A DNA stretch of 64,000 bases from Desulfocapsaceae bacterium (GTDB taxonomy: Bacteria > Desulfobacterota > Desulfobulbia > Desulfobulbales > Desulfocapsaceae), in NCBI GenBank assembly GCA_030653035.1, contig JAUSAB010000023.1:4282-68281 (forward strand), given 5' to 3'. Shown here one piece after another: positions 36,451 through 43,996 of the stretch (the stretch's first letter is position 1; each line of letters begins with the position of its first letter). The notes beneath the pieces are model-generated. The model did no database searches. It saw only the letters and a program-made list of their open reading frames with translations, and was not told where the DNA came from. Both the position numbers and the translations under genes were made by a program.

Positions 36451-37440
36451 TCAGGAAGCGCTCCTGATGCGGGCCAGTTGATCGGCCAGATCGCCCATCT
36501 CCTGCTGCCAGTATTCGCGAGTGCCGAAGTTGGGGGCTACCCGCGACTCCCCGTCTTCGCTCACCTGGTGGGCGCACCAGGCAATATAATGGATGTAGCG
36601 CATGGCCCGCAGGGGCTCGATCAGGGCCAGGCTGCGCTGGTCAAAATCCATGAAGGTCTCATAGCCCTCAAGAAAGAGATTGATCTCTCGCCAGGAATCT
36701 TCCTTCACTCCGGGAAGCAGCATCCAGAAGTCCTGGACCGGCGGCCCCACTGCCATGTCGTCAAAGTCGATGATGTAAAAGGACTTACCGGGGAGGTAGA
36801 TGAGGTTGGAGAAATGGCAGTCGCCATGGATGCGGATCATCCGGGTGTGGTCAAAGAGCGGGGTGATCTCGGTGATCAGGGAGTTGGTCAGCTCCTTGAA
36901 TTCCTGCCGCATCTCAGCCGGAATGAGGTTGGAGGCAAGCAGAGAATCAACCTGGGATCGGGTGGAGCCGGCTGGCTTCATGGTGATCCGCTCTTCGGGA
37001 AGACGCACGGCCCCGACCGCATGGACGCGGCCGATGAGGCGGCCCAGCTCCAGCCACTGCTCTTCCGAGTACTCATCAAAGCTGCGGCCGCCGCACTTGG
37101 GAAAACAGGCAAACCAGATTTTGCCGAATCGGCCCAGGGTCGTGCCGTCCACCATCTTCAGGGGGACGATCACCGGGATCTCGAGGGCGGCAAGTTCCAG
37201 CAGGAAGGTGTGTTCGTCAAGCAGCCCCTTTTGCGACCAGCGGCCCGGCCGGTAAAACTTGATCACCAGGCCGGTTCGATCCTCAAATTCCAGTTCATAG
37301 ACCCGGTTGATGTAGCTGTTCAGGGGGCGGCAGAGGTTGGTGCAGCGCGCGCCCAGGGCTTTTTCCGTGAGGGTGATGATTACATCCGGGGTCAGTCCGT
37401 GAAACGCATGTTTCCCGGCATTTGCTGTCTTTTCTTTCAT
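36451..37440 (-). CDS. srkA: Stress-response Ser/Thr kinase SrkA (RdoA/YihE, APH-fold)
   Basis: LNSYINRVYE, KFYRPGRW, catalytic IHGDCHFSNLI, DFDD. The size and motif order match YihE/RdoA. Confidence 0.8.
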   Translation of the reverse strand: MKEKTANAGKHAFHGLTPDVIITLTEKALGARCTNLCRPLNSYINRVYELEFEDRTGLVIKFYRPGRWSQKGLLDEHTFLLELAALEIPVIVPLKMVDGTTLGRFGKIWFACFPKCGGRSFDEYSEEQWLELGRLIGRVHAVGAVRLPEERITMKPAGSTRSQVDSLLASNLIPAEMRQEFKELTNSLITEITPLFDHTRMIRIHGDCHFSNLIYLPGKSFYIIDFDDMAVGPPVQDFWMLLPGVKEDSWREINLFLEGYETFMDFDQRSLALIEPLRAMRYIHYIAWCAHQVSEDGESRVAPNFGTREYWQQEMGDLADQLARIRSAS

Positions 37441-38129
37441 TTTCCGGGATACCCCTCATCCACCGGCAGGTCTTTTATTTTTAAGGCCGCCACCGCCAGT
37501 TGATCGCAACGCTCATTGAGGGGATGGCCGGCATGCCCTTTGACCCATTGAAAGGTGATATCCATCTTTTCTGTAAGATTCAGGAGCTCGGCCCAGAGGT
37601 CTGGGTTGACTGCCGGTTGGTGGTCGGACTTGATCCAGCCCCGATTGCGCCAGCCTATGGCCCACCCTTTGCTGATGCCATTGACCACATAACTGGAGTC
37701 GGACCAGACGGTTATCGGCCGATTTTTGTCTTCCACGACGTGGAGGGCGACAATACAGGCCATCAGCTCCATCCGGTTATTGGTGGTCAGTCGGAAACCG
37801 CCGGAGAGCTCCTGTTCCTTCCCCTCAAAAACAAGGATGGCGCCATAGCCGCCGGGGCCGGGGTTGTGGCTGCATCCCCCGTCGGTGTAGATGTTGATCT
37901 CGCCTGTGCGGTGAGGAGCGACCACTGCCGGTACCGTCTTTTCCCTGCCGCCTGTTTTTGCCTGACTGCATTGGGGGGCCCGGAGCCAGGCCTCGGCTTC
38001 GGCCCGGTCGGTAAAGCCTTTAAACTTAGCCCCAGCGTACCCTTTGACCTGCTTTTCGGCCTCAGGCCAGTTATCGTAAATGCCGGGTCTGTGTCCGATG
38101 GCAATGGCGTAAAACTTTTTTTTGGTCAT
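37437..38129 (-). CDS. rnhA: Ribonuclease H1 with N-terminal hybrid-binding (RNase H1 N-terminal/caulimovirus-type) domain
   Basis: N-terminus KKFYAIAIGHRPGIYDNWPEAEKQVKGYAGAKFKGFTDRAEAEAWL. The RNase H core has IYTDGGC, NNRMEL, WSDSSYV and WVKGHAGHPLNERCDQLA. It overlaps srkA by 4 nt. Confidence 0.85.
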   Translation of the reverse strand: MTKKKFYAIAIGHRPGIYDNWPEAEKQVKGYAGAKFKGFTDRAEAEAWLRAPQCSQAKTGGREKTVPAVVAPHRTGEINIYTDGGCSHNPGPGGYGAILVFEGKEQELSGGFRLTTNNRMELMACIVALHVVEDKNRPITVWSDSSYVVNGISKGWAIGWRNRGWIKSDHQPAVNPDLWAELLNLTEKMDITFQWVKGHAGHPLNERCDQLAVAALKIKDLPVDEGYPGK

Positions 38130-38145
38130 GAAGAGATCCTGCCAA

Positions 38146-38181
38146 GAAAAAAACCGTCAGGGAGGTTTACCCTGACGGTTT
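38146..38181 (-). terminator. Rho-independent terminator (minus strand) downstream of the small TM ORF
   Basis: Stem AACCGTCAGGG / CCCTGACGGTT (38152-38162 and 38170-38180). On the minus strand it is followed by a T7-8 run (the plus-strand A-run at 38146-38153). Confidence 0.7.
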
Positions 38182-38214
38182 TTACAATCACCATTAATCC
38201 ATCTTTCATTCTTT

Positions 38215-38337
38215 TCATGAACCGATCATGGCAATAACAAAGAGTGAGATAAGGACAAAAACAAAAAACACACCAACCTTGACATTGATTGAATTATCCT
38301 CTACCGGCGCTGCTGCATGATGTTCGTGTCCGCTCAT
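38215..38337 (-). CDS. 40-aa single-TM small protein (hypothetical)
   Basis: My own translation: MSGHEHHAAAPVEDNSINVKVGVFFVFVLISLFVIAMIGS. GGAGAAAAAG precedes the ATG and a terminator follows. It is too short for the ORF track. Confidence 0.35.
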   Translation of the reverse strand: MSGHEHHAAAPVEDNSINVKVGVFFVFVLISLFVIAMIGS

Positions 38338-38497
38338 CTTTTTCTCCTTTTCATTGATTTTTCAAGATTCCCTTTATTCTGACCACCTTTACCATCTCTG
38401 CCATTTGACCAATTTTATCAAGTTTTGTCGATCACTTTCTTGATTCAAGGATGATACCAGGAGAAGAGACCTTGGTGTGGCATTGCCGGATATCGGA

Positions 38498-39046
38498 TTA
38501 CCAGACCAGATCATCCGGTATCTTATAGGCCGCATACGGATCATCAGGGTCAGTCTGGGACTCTTGTGGCGCAGCATTGTGCAGGACAATAAGATCCGGC
38601 TGCCACTCCCGAATGCGTTCCGCAATTGTAGACGGAACGACGGAATAGCTCTCTTTCTCTCTGACGATGGCCAGGATCCCTCGGCTTAATTCGTCGACCA
38701 TCTCTTTGGTCGGTAGCATGAGCCTTGCTATCTTGTTGCTGTCGGTGAAGCGATATGCAATGGCGCCATCCTGCAGGCTCAGGCGGTTGGTGGCGATGAG
38801 TTGTCTGATCTGGGCAATTGCTTCATTTTTTTTCGCCTCTTCCTGGAGCTTCCGGTTGGCAATTCTGGCCTGTTCTTTCTTCTCTGTCAGGGCTTGTTGG
38901 GCGTGGAGTTTGTTTTCGTCCGGGCTCTGGCTGCGGCCCTTGTCCTGTTCTTTATTTTTTTTATAGGTGGCCTTTTTGGCCTGGCTGACCTGTTTTTTGT
39001 CGGCCAGACCCATTTTGAGAAATTGATCCCGCAGTGCATTTGCCAT
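38498..39046 (-). CDS. DUF2058 (YaiL-like) protein
   Basis: N-terminus MANALRDQFLKMGLADKKQ, then a Lys/Glu/Gln-rich charged central region and a conserved C-terminal part. This is the DUF2058 layout. Confidence 0.65.
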   Translation of the reverse strand: MANALRDQFLKMGLADKKQVSQAKKATYKKNKEQDKGRSQSPDENKLHAQQALTEKKEQARIANRKLQEEAKKNEAIAQIRQLIATNRLSLQDGAIAYRFTDSNKIARLMLPTKEMVDELSRGILAIVREKESYSVVPSTIAERIREWQPDLIVLHNAAPQESQTDPDDPYAAYKIPDDLVW

Positions 39047-39061
39047 GGATTGAAACTCCTT

Positions 39062-42000
39062 TCAAGAAAATGTAATTGCCATCGGCAGGGTTTTTTCTTC
39101 AGTGCCACGGACTCGCTGTCCCCAGAGTGGGCACTGCTTGCCGATACACTCCTTGTTTTTCAGGTACTGATCACAGTGAAGAGTCGCCTCTGCTTGCAGG
39201 GATACCGAAAGCAGTTCGGTTGAGAGTCGGGCTGTTTCGCTTAAGGCGATATAGGTCTCGCGCTGGCAGCAGCGGCCTCCCTTGCGGCTGGCCAGGGCCG
39301 TCAGGATCCGGCCGGAAAACTCCTGGGCCAGTTGACGCGGACCGGGGGTCAGCGGCGTGGCCGCAAAAATTGTAGCGACGCCAATGCCAATGCCGATGGC
39401 CGCCCCGCATGCGCCCCAGAATCCACATACCCCGCCAGGCACATCGGCGCCGCGATTGATAGCGGTCAAGATCTCTTGAGGACCGATCTTGCCGCCGCCA
39501 TTGCGATAACAGGCGAGCAGGATGCCGGGAATCATGGCATGATGTTCCGGGCCGTGCATGGGGATGGAGGGGTGGCTGCGGATGATGGTGAGCAGTCTGA
39601 TCAGATCCTGTTCATTGGTGGTGGTACAGATGGTCTTGATTACCTCCAGGCCGTTTTCCTGATGGCACTGGTTGCAGACAAAATGGCTCTTTTCGCAGCA
39701 GCCATCGGCAAGGTATGTTTGACCGCAATAGTGGCAGGACATTTTCAGGGGTTCTGTGAAGTAGAGAAGCTCCTTACCGCAGCACATGCAGCCTGATTCT
39801 TGGCGGGCGTCGTGGTTGTCCACAGCCTCCGGTGGCGCGCAGCAGGAGGCTGCGGCGTCTGAGGCCATGGTGGTGCTTGACGGAGCGCAGCAGCAATTGG
39901 TCATGACCAGATTGGTGACCGCTCCTTGTTCATCAAGGATAAACACCGAATCATCCAGAAGTGCAATGTCGGCATGAGGAATTGTGGTACGTCTTCCTTT
40001 GACCAGCAAAACTCCGCTTTCCGTGTAGACAGCCCTATACGGCCCTCGGTAGACGACGGCCATGGAAGGCCTAGTGTCGTGGGCGCCAAGGACGGCGCAG
40101 GAACGACCGACGGTGATGGTGTCCACTTTTTCTTCCTCTTGCGGTCGCTGTGCCTGGTAAGTGAGTGAAAAAAAATCCATTCCTTCCACCTGACGATAGG
40201 GGAAGCGCTTTATCAGATGGATGCCTGTAAATCCCGCTGCCTCCAGCATGGCCACCAGCTCTTCCTGCTGCATGGCCCCTCCCAGACATTCTCCGCGGTA
40301 GAGCACATTGTTCTTGATGCTGGAAGGAATGGGGGTATCGGTGATGATATCTGAGATCACCATCCTGCCGCCAGGTTTCAGAATCCGGTAGATTTCCCGG
40401 TAGGTCTGGCGTTTATTAGGACTCAGATTGATGACACAGTTGGAGATAACAATATCGGCGCAATTATCCTCAAGCGGGATCTGCTCCAGAAATCCTCGGC
40501 GAAATTCCACATTGTCATAGCCAAGGCGGGCCACGACCTCTTGTTTTGAACTAGTGGCAAGATTGAGCATCTCCATCGTCATGTCAATGCCAAAGACCCG
40601 TCCCTGCGCGCCGACGGCGGCCGCGGCCATGAAGCATTCCACACCTGAACCGGAACCCAGATCGACCAAGGTCTCGCCTGGCTGCGGGTCGGCATCCGTC
40701 ACCGGACTGCCGCAGCCGTACGAGCGTTTTCGCGAGTCCTCAGGGATAAAATCAGCCAGGTCTTGGGCCGGGGCCAGCGGGTTGACAATATCCATGTTGG
40801 CGGAGAGGGCCGCCTGCCCATAAAATTCACGGACCTGGCTGTGTCCGTGGTCTGAGGCTAGAGAGATCACGCAGTTGCAGTGGGTCAGGGTCACGTTGCT
40901 GCCTGTTGCCTCCGGGTCAGGGCAGTCATGACGGATATCGCCCATACGCAGGGCTATGGCAGCACGGCTTGATATCGGCGAGAAGGCAGCTTGTCTGCTG
41001 ATCAGGCGCAGGACAATCTTGTCATACAATTCCACATAGGGGTCATGGCCAACCCATTCCCCGCCGGTCAGAAAGCTGTGATCACTGTCGCCGCCGCCAA
41101 TGATGAACTTCAGGGGATTCTTTTGATAGCGCGGGGAATCAATCAGGGAGGCATGGCGCAGGGTTTCGAGTACCGGGCTGGTCTGCCAGACCGTGGCCAG
41201 TCCCTGGGCCAGATCCCCGCAGGCGGCCTCGGCCAGTCCGATCAGGGCTGGGGATGGATAGACAATACAATCCGGCCCAATGGCCACGGATTCCCAGCCA
41301 CCATTGGACAGATCATGGCGGGTGCCGGGGGTGGAAAAGACCTGAGCGCGGATGGTTTCGATATTGTCAATGGGGAGTCCGCACTGGTCGGCCCGATCCC
41401 ACGCCGCTACCAGATGGGGGAAGATCTCCGCCGGTGGGACAAATTGTTCCCGGCTGCCCTTGCCGCGGATAAAATGGTAAAGCAGATGGATGCTGGCGGC
41501 CCCGATGGTGGCCGCCAGGGTGACCAGTTCGGTCAGATCGGCCACATTGGCCCGACTGACGGCAATGGAGAGGGTAAAGGGGATTTCCGCCTGACGCAGG
41601 GCGGCAAGGTTGTTCAGGAGTTTCTGATACGCTCCCGTGCCACGCAGGCTGTCATGGGCCTGTTGCAGCCCGTCGAGGCTGACCTGCAGGTGCAGGCGGT
41701 CAAGGCCTTGCAACGTCGGTATATTTTTTTTCAGGAGCGTGCCGTTGGTCAGGATAACGGCATGGGCCTGGGGGTTTTCGGACAAAAAGAGGGCCAGCCA
41801 CGGAAAAAAATCAGGGTAGAGAAAAGGCTCGCCGCCGGTGAAATAAAAGAGGCTGCAGCCAAGCGCTAGAGCCTGCCTGGCGGCCATGTCCAGCTGCGTC
41901 TGGGGCAGAGTGCGACTTTTGGCCGGAGAGGCTGCAAACAGGCAGTGGCTGCAACTGAGGTTGCAACGGTCGGTCAGATGAAACCAGCATTCTTTGAGGC

Positions 42001-42313
42001 GGTTTAGGGTCAGCTCCTGGCCGCGTCCCGCATAGCTTTTCTGACTGGTGATATGCAGGGCCTGCTGGAGACGATCGAGGTCGAGTGCGAGCCGGTGTTC
42101 ATCGGTAATGCTTGCTGCAATCATGCCGGGTGAGGTCTTGCGCAGAGTTCTGATTGCCTCGGCGATGCTTCCGGTACTGGTCAGGGCCTGTAGTAATTGA
42201 TCACCATAATCGGTTGGAACCAGCCAGTCCGGTGTTTCCGGCTGGATATAAATGGCGCGGCCTTCATCTTCCAGCCTCTGCCATTGCAAGGGGATGTGTA
42301 TTGCTGTGGTCAT
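39062..42313 (-). CDS. Multidomain fusion: radical SAM domain + ArsM-like class I SAM methyltransferase + Cys-rich zinc-ribbon / GCAxxG-type C-terminal domain
   Basis: CNLSCSHCLF (CxxxCxxC) with FTGGEPFL. The methyltransferase block SYGCGSPV...LVDLGSGSGVECF...GIDMT.EML...NVEFRRGFLEQIPLED...SNCVINLSPNK...LKPGGRMVISD matches ArsM motifs, including the two As(III)-ligand Cys positions. The C-terminus has CMCCGK...CHYCG...CNQCH, HGPEHH and CGFWGACGAA. Confidence 0.8.
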   Translation of the reverse strand: MTTAIHIPLQWQRLEDEGRAIYIQPETPDWLVPTDYGDQLLQALTSTGSIAEAIRTLRKTSPGMIAASITDEHRLALDLDRLQQALHITSQKSYAGRGQELTLNRLKECWFHLTDRCNLSCSHCLFAASPAKSRTLPQTQLDMAARQALALGCSLFYFTGGEPFLYPDFFPWLALFLSENPQAHAVILTNGTLLKKNIPTLQGLDRLHLQVSLDGLQQAHDSLRGTGAYQKLLNNLAALRQAEIPFTLSIAVSRANVADLTELVTLAATIGAASIHLLYHFIRGKGSREQFVPPAEIFPHLVAAWDRADQCGLPIDNIETIRAQVFSTPGTRHDLSNGGWESVAIGPDCIVYPSPALIGLAEAACGDLAQGLATVWQTSPVLETLRHASLIDSPRYQKNPLKFIIGGGDSDHSFLTGGEWVGHDPYVELYDKIVLRLISRQAAFSPISSRAAIALRMGDIRHDCPDPEATGSNVTLTHCNCVISLASDHGHSQVREFYGQAALSANMDIVNPLAPAQDLADFIPEDSRKRSYGCGSPVTDADPQPGETLVDLGSGSGVECFMAAAAVGAQGRVFGIDMTMEMLNLATSSKQEVVARLGYDNVEFRRGFLEQIPLEDNCADIVISNCVINLSPNKRQTYREIYRILKPGGRMVISDIITDTPIPSSIKNNVLYRGECLGGAMQQEELVAMLEAAGFTGIHLIKRFPYRQVEGMDFFSLTYQAQRPQEEEKVDTITVGRSCAVLGAHDTRPSMAVVYRGPYRAVYTESGVLLVKGRRTTIPHADIALLDDSVFILDEQGAVTNLVMTNCCCAPSSTTMASDAAASCCAPPEAVDNHDARQESGCMCCGKELLYFTEPLKMSCHYCGQTYLADGCCEKSHFVCNQCHQENGLEVIKTICTTTNEQDLIRLLTIIRSHPSIPMHGPEHHAMIPGILLACYRNGGGKIGPQEILTAINRGADVPGGVCGFWGACGAAIGIGIGVATIFAATPLTPGPRQLAQEFSGRILTALASRKGGRCCQRETYIALSETARLSTELLSVSLQAEATLHCDQYLKNKECIGKQCPLWGQRVRGTEEKTLPMAITFS

Positions 42314-42355
42314 TGTTGTCAGTGTTGATGATTGTTCAATAACTTGACGAATATA

Positions 42356-43753
42356 CTAAAAATAAATTCCTTTTACCGCCGCCTCTTCTCTGCTGGCCCC
42401 GGAGTTTTCCCGGATGGATTCAGCAACCTGGCTGGCGCTCTTGATCATATCGTTGAGTCCGATGCCCTCCCAGCCAAAACCGTGAATGAACAGTCCTGGA
42501 TTCTCTCGCATTAACTGGTCACGCCAGTTCAGAAGGGCGGGGTAACCTGCCTCTAGTTGGGGAATTCCCCCTTTGGGCCGCAGGACCTTGGCGTAGAGCG
42601 GTTCTCCCTGTAGAGGTAACAGTTGGCGCAGATCAACCAGGGTCTGACGGATCAGGGTGGTATCGTCAAGGTCGAGCCGTTCCGGGTGTCGGCGTCCACC
42701 GATCAGGGCTTCCAGGAGGATATGGCCTTGGGGTGCTCTTTCGACAAACATGTTGGAGGAAAAGAGTGCCCCCAGGCAGAAACGGTTTTCCTGCTCCGGG
42801 GCCAGATAGCCAAATCCCGGCGGCAGGGTGGAGCCTGGGCCAAAGCCCAGGGCAATAGTCACAATCCTGGCCTCGGGAACAGCGTTCTGGGGCATGGAAG
42901 TGGCAAAGGTATGGAGCAGGTCTAAGGACGGGTTGATCGGCAGGGCCAGGGCCAGATTCCTGGCCTGGTGGCTCCCTTGGTCGGATTCCACCTCCCAGCC
43001 TGTCTGGGTCTTGCGGATGGCCTTGACGCCGCAGTTGAACAGGATGTCACGGCCCGGCTGCAGCGACTCAGCCAGTTTCTCCGGGAGACGACCCATGCCG
43101 CCGGGGAAACTGGTCATGGCCGGCAGTCCCTTCTTTTTTTCGCCCGTGGTTGTCTTTGCCTGTCTGGTCTGGTTCATCTTGGCAAGCAGGCCGCGAATCA
43201 GCGAACCATGGGTCTTTTCCAGACGGCGGACCCCGGGCATGACGCCATCGATAACCAGCCGGTTCAGGTCGCCCGCGTAGGTGCCGGTGAAGACCGCGTC
43301 AACATAGGGCAGCAGGGCCTGGCCAAAACGGTGTTCCACCCACTCAGCCACGGTTGGTTCGCCCTCCAGTGGTTTTTTGAAGAGCTCGCCCAGGACCCGA
43401 ATCTTGGCCAGCGGTGAGATCAGGGGGGCCATGATGATCTTCAATGGGCTCTGCGGAATACAACGTAAGCGCCCATCCATGCAGACATAGCGGACAAATC
43501 GGCTTAAGGGGGCCTTCACGCATTCCTGGTCCAGGCCGCTTTCCTGTAATAAGAGCCGGCTTTCCGGGCAATTATCAAGAAAGCCATGGGGGCCGTTTTC
43601 AGCGAGAAAGTCATTCTCGGCATGGCTCCAGATGACCCCGCCCGCCCTGTCCGATTTCTCGAGGATAAGGGACTGGTGTCCAGGGCAGAGCTTCCGCAGT
43701 TTATGGGCCACGGTCAGGCCGGAGAGCCCGCCGCCAATAATTAGGGTATCCAT
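42356..43753 (-). CDS. FAD-dependent protoporphyrinogen/coproporphyrinogen oxidase-like (HemY family) oxidoreductase
   Basis: From ATG 43753: MDTLIIGGGLSGLTVAHKL dinucleotide-binding motif and a ~465-aa PPOX-like layout. The longer track ORF (to 43840) would translate the palindromic intergenic repeats. Confidence 0.7.
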   Translation of the reverse strand: MDTLIIGGGLSGLTVAHKLRKLCPGHQSLILEKSDRAGGVIWSHAENDFLAENGPHGFLDNCPESRLLLQESGLDQECVKAPLSRFVRYVCMDGRLRCIPQSPLKIIMAPLISPLAKIRVLGELFKKPLEGEPTVAEWVEHRFGQALLPYVDAVFTGTYAGDLNRLVIDGVMPGVRRLEKTHGSLIRGLLAKMNQTRQAKTTTGEKKKGLPAMTSFPGGMGRLPEKLAESLQPGRDILFNCGVKAIRKTQTGWEVESDQGSHQARNLALALPINPSLDLLHTFATSMPQNAVPEARIVTIALGFGPGSTLPPGFGYLAPEQENRFCLGALFSSNMFVERAPQGHILLEALIGGRRHPERLDLDDTTLIRQTLVDLRQLLPLQGEPLYAKVLRPKGGIPQLEAGYPALLNWRDQLMRENPGLFIHGFGWEGIGLNDMIKSASQVAESIRENSGASREEAAVKGIYF

Positions 43754-43763
43754 GGTTTTCTGT

Positions 43764-43839
43764 AGGTCGGGATTTATCCCAACACTTCCTTGATTGATGG
43801 TTGAAGTTATCGGGTTGCAGGTCGGGATTTCTCCCGACA
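43764..43839. promoter_or_regulatory. Two copies of a 21-bp palindrome-containing motif (putative operator pair)
   Basis: AGGTCGGGATTTATCCCAACA (43764-43784) and AGGTCGGGATTTCTCCCGACA (43819-43839), 55 bp apart. The core is TCGGGA-N4-TCCCGA. The second copy abuts the -35 box of the htpG promoter. Confidence 0.45.
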
Positions 43840-43841
43840 AC

Positions 43842-43869
43842 TTGACACCTTGGGTTCCATGTTTATCAT
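43842..43869 (+). promoter_or_regulatory. Sigma-70-type promoter upstream of htpG
   Basis: TTGACA (43842-47), 16 nt spacer, TATCAT (43864-69). Confidence 0.5.
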
Positions 43870-43996
43870 TTTGGCCGAATTCAGGTAAAAATGCAACGGA
43901 ATAGGATGGTGTGTGTTCCTTGTCTTGCCCCGCAGTTGTTCTGGTGCGCTTAACGCATCAGCAATCATTCAATATAATCAAAAAGAGGTGCTTCCG

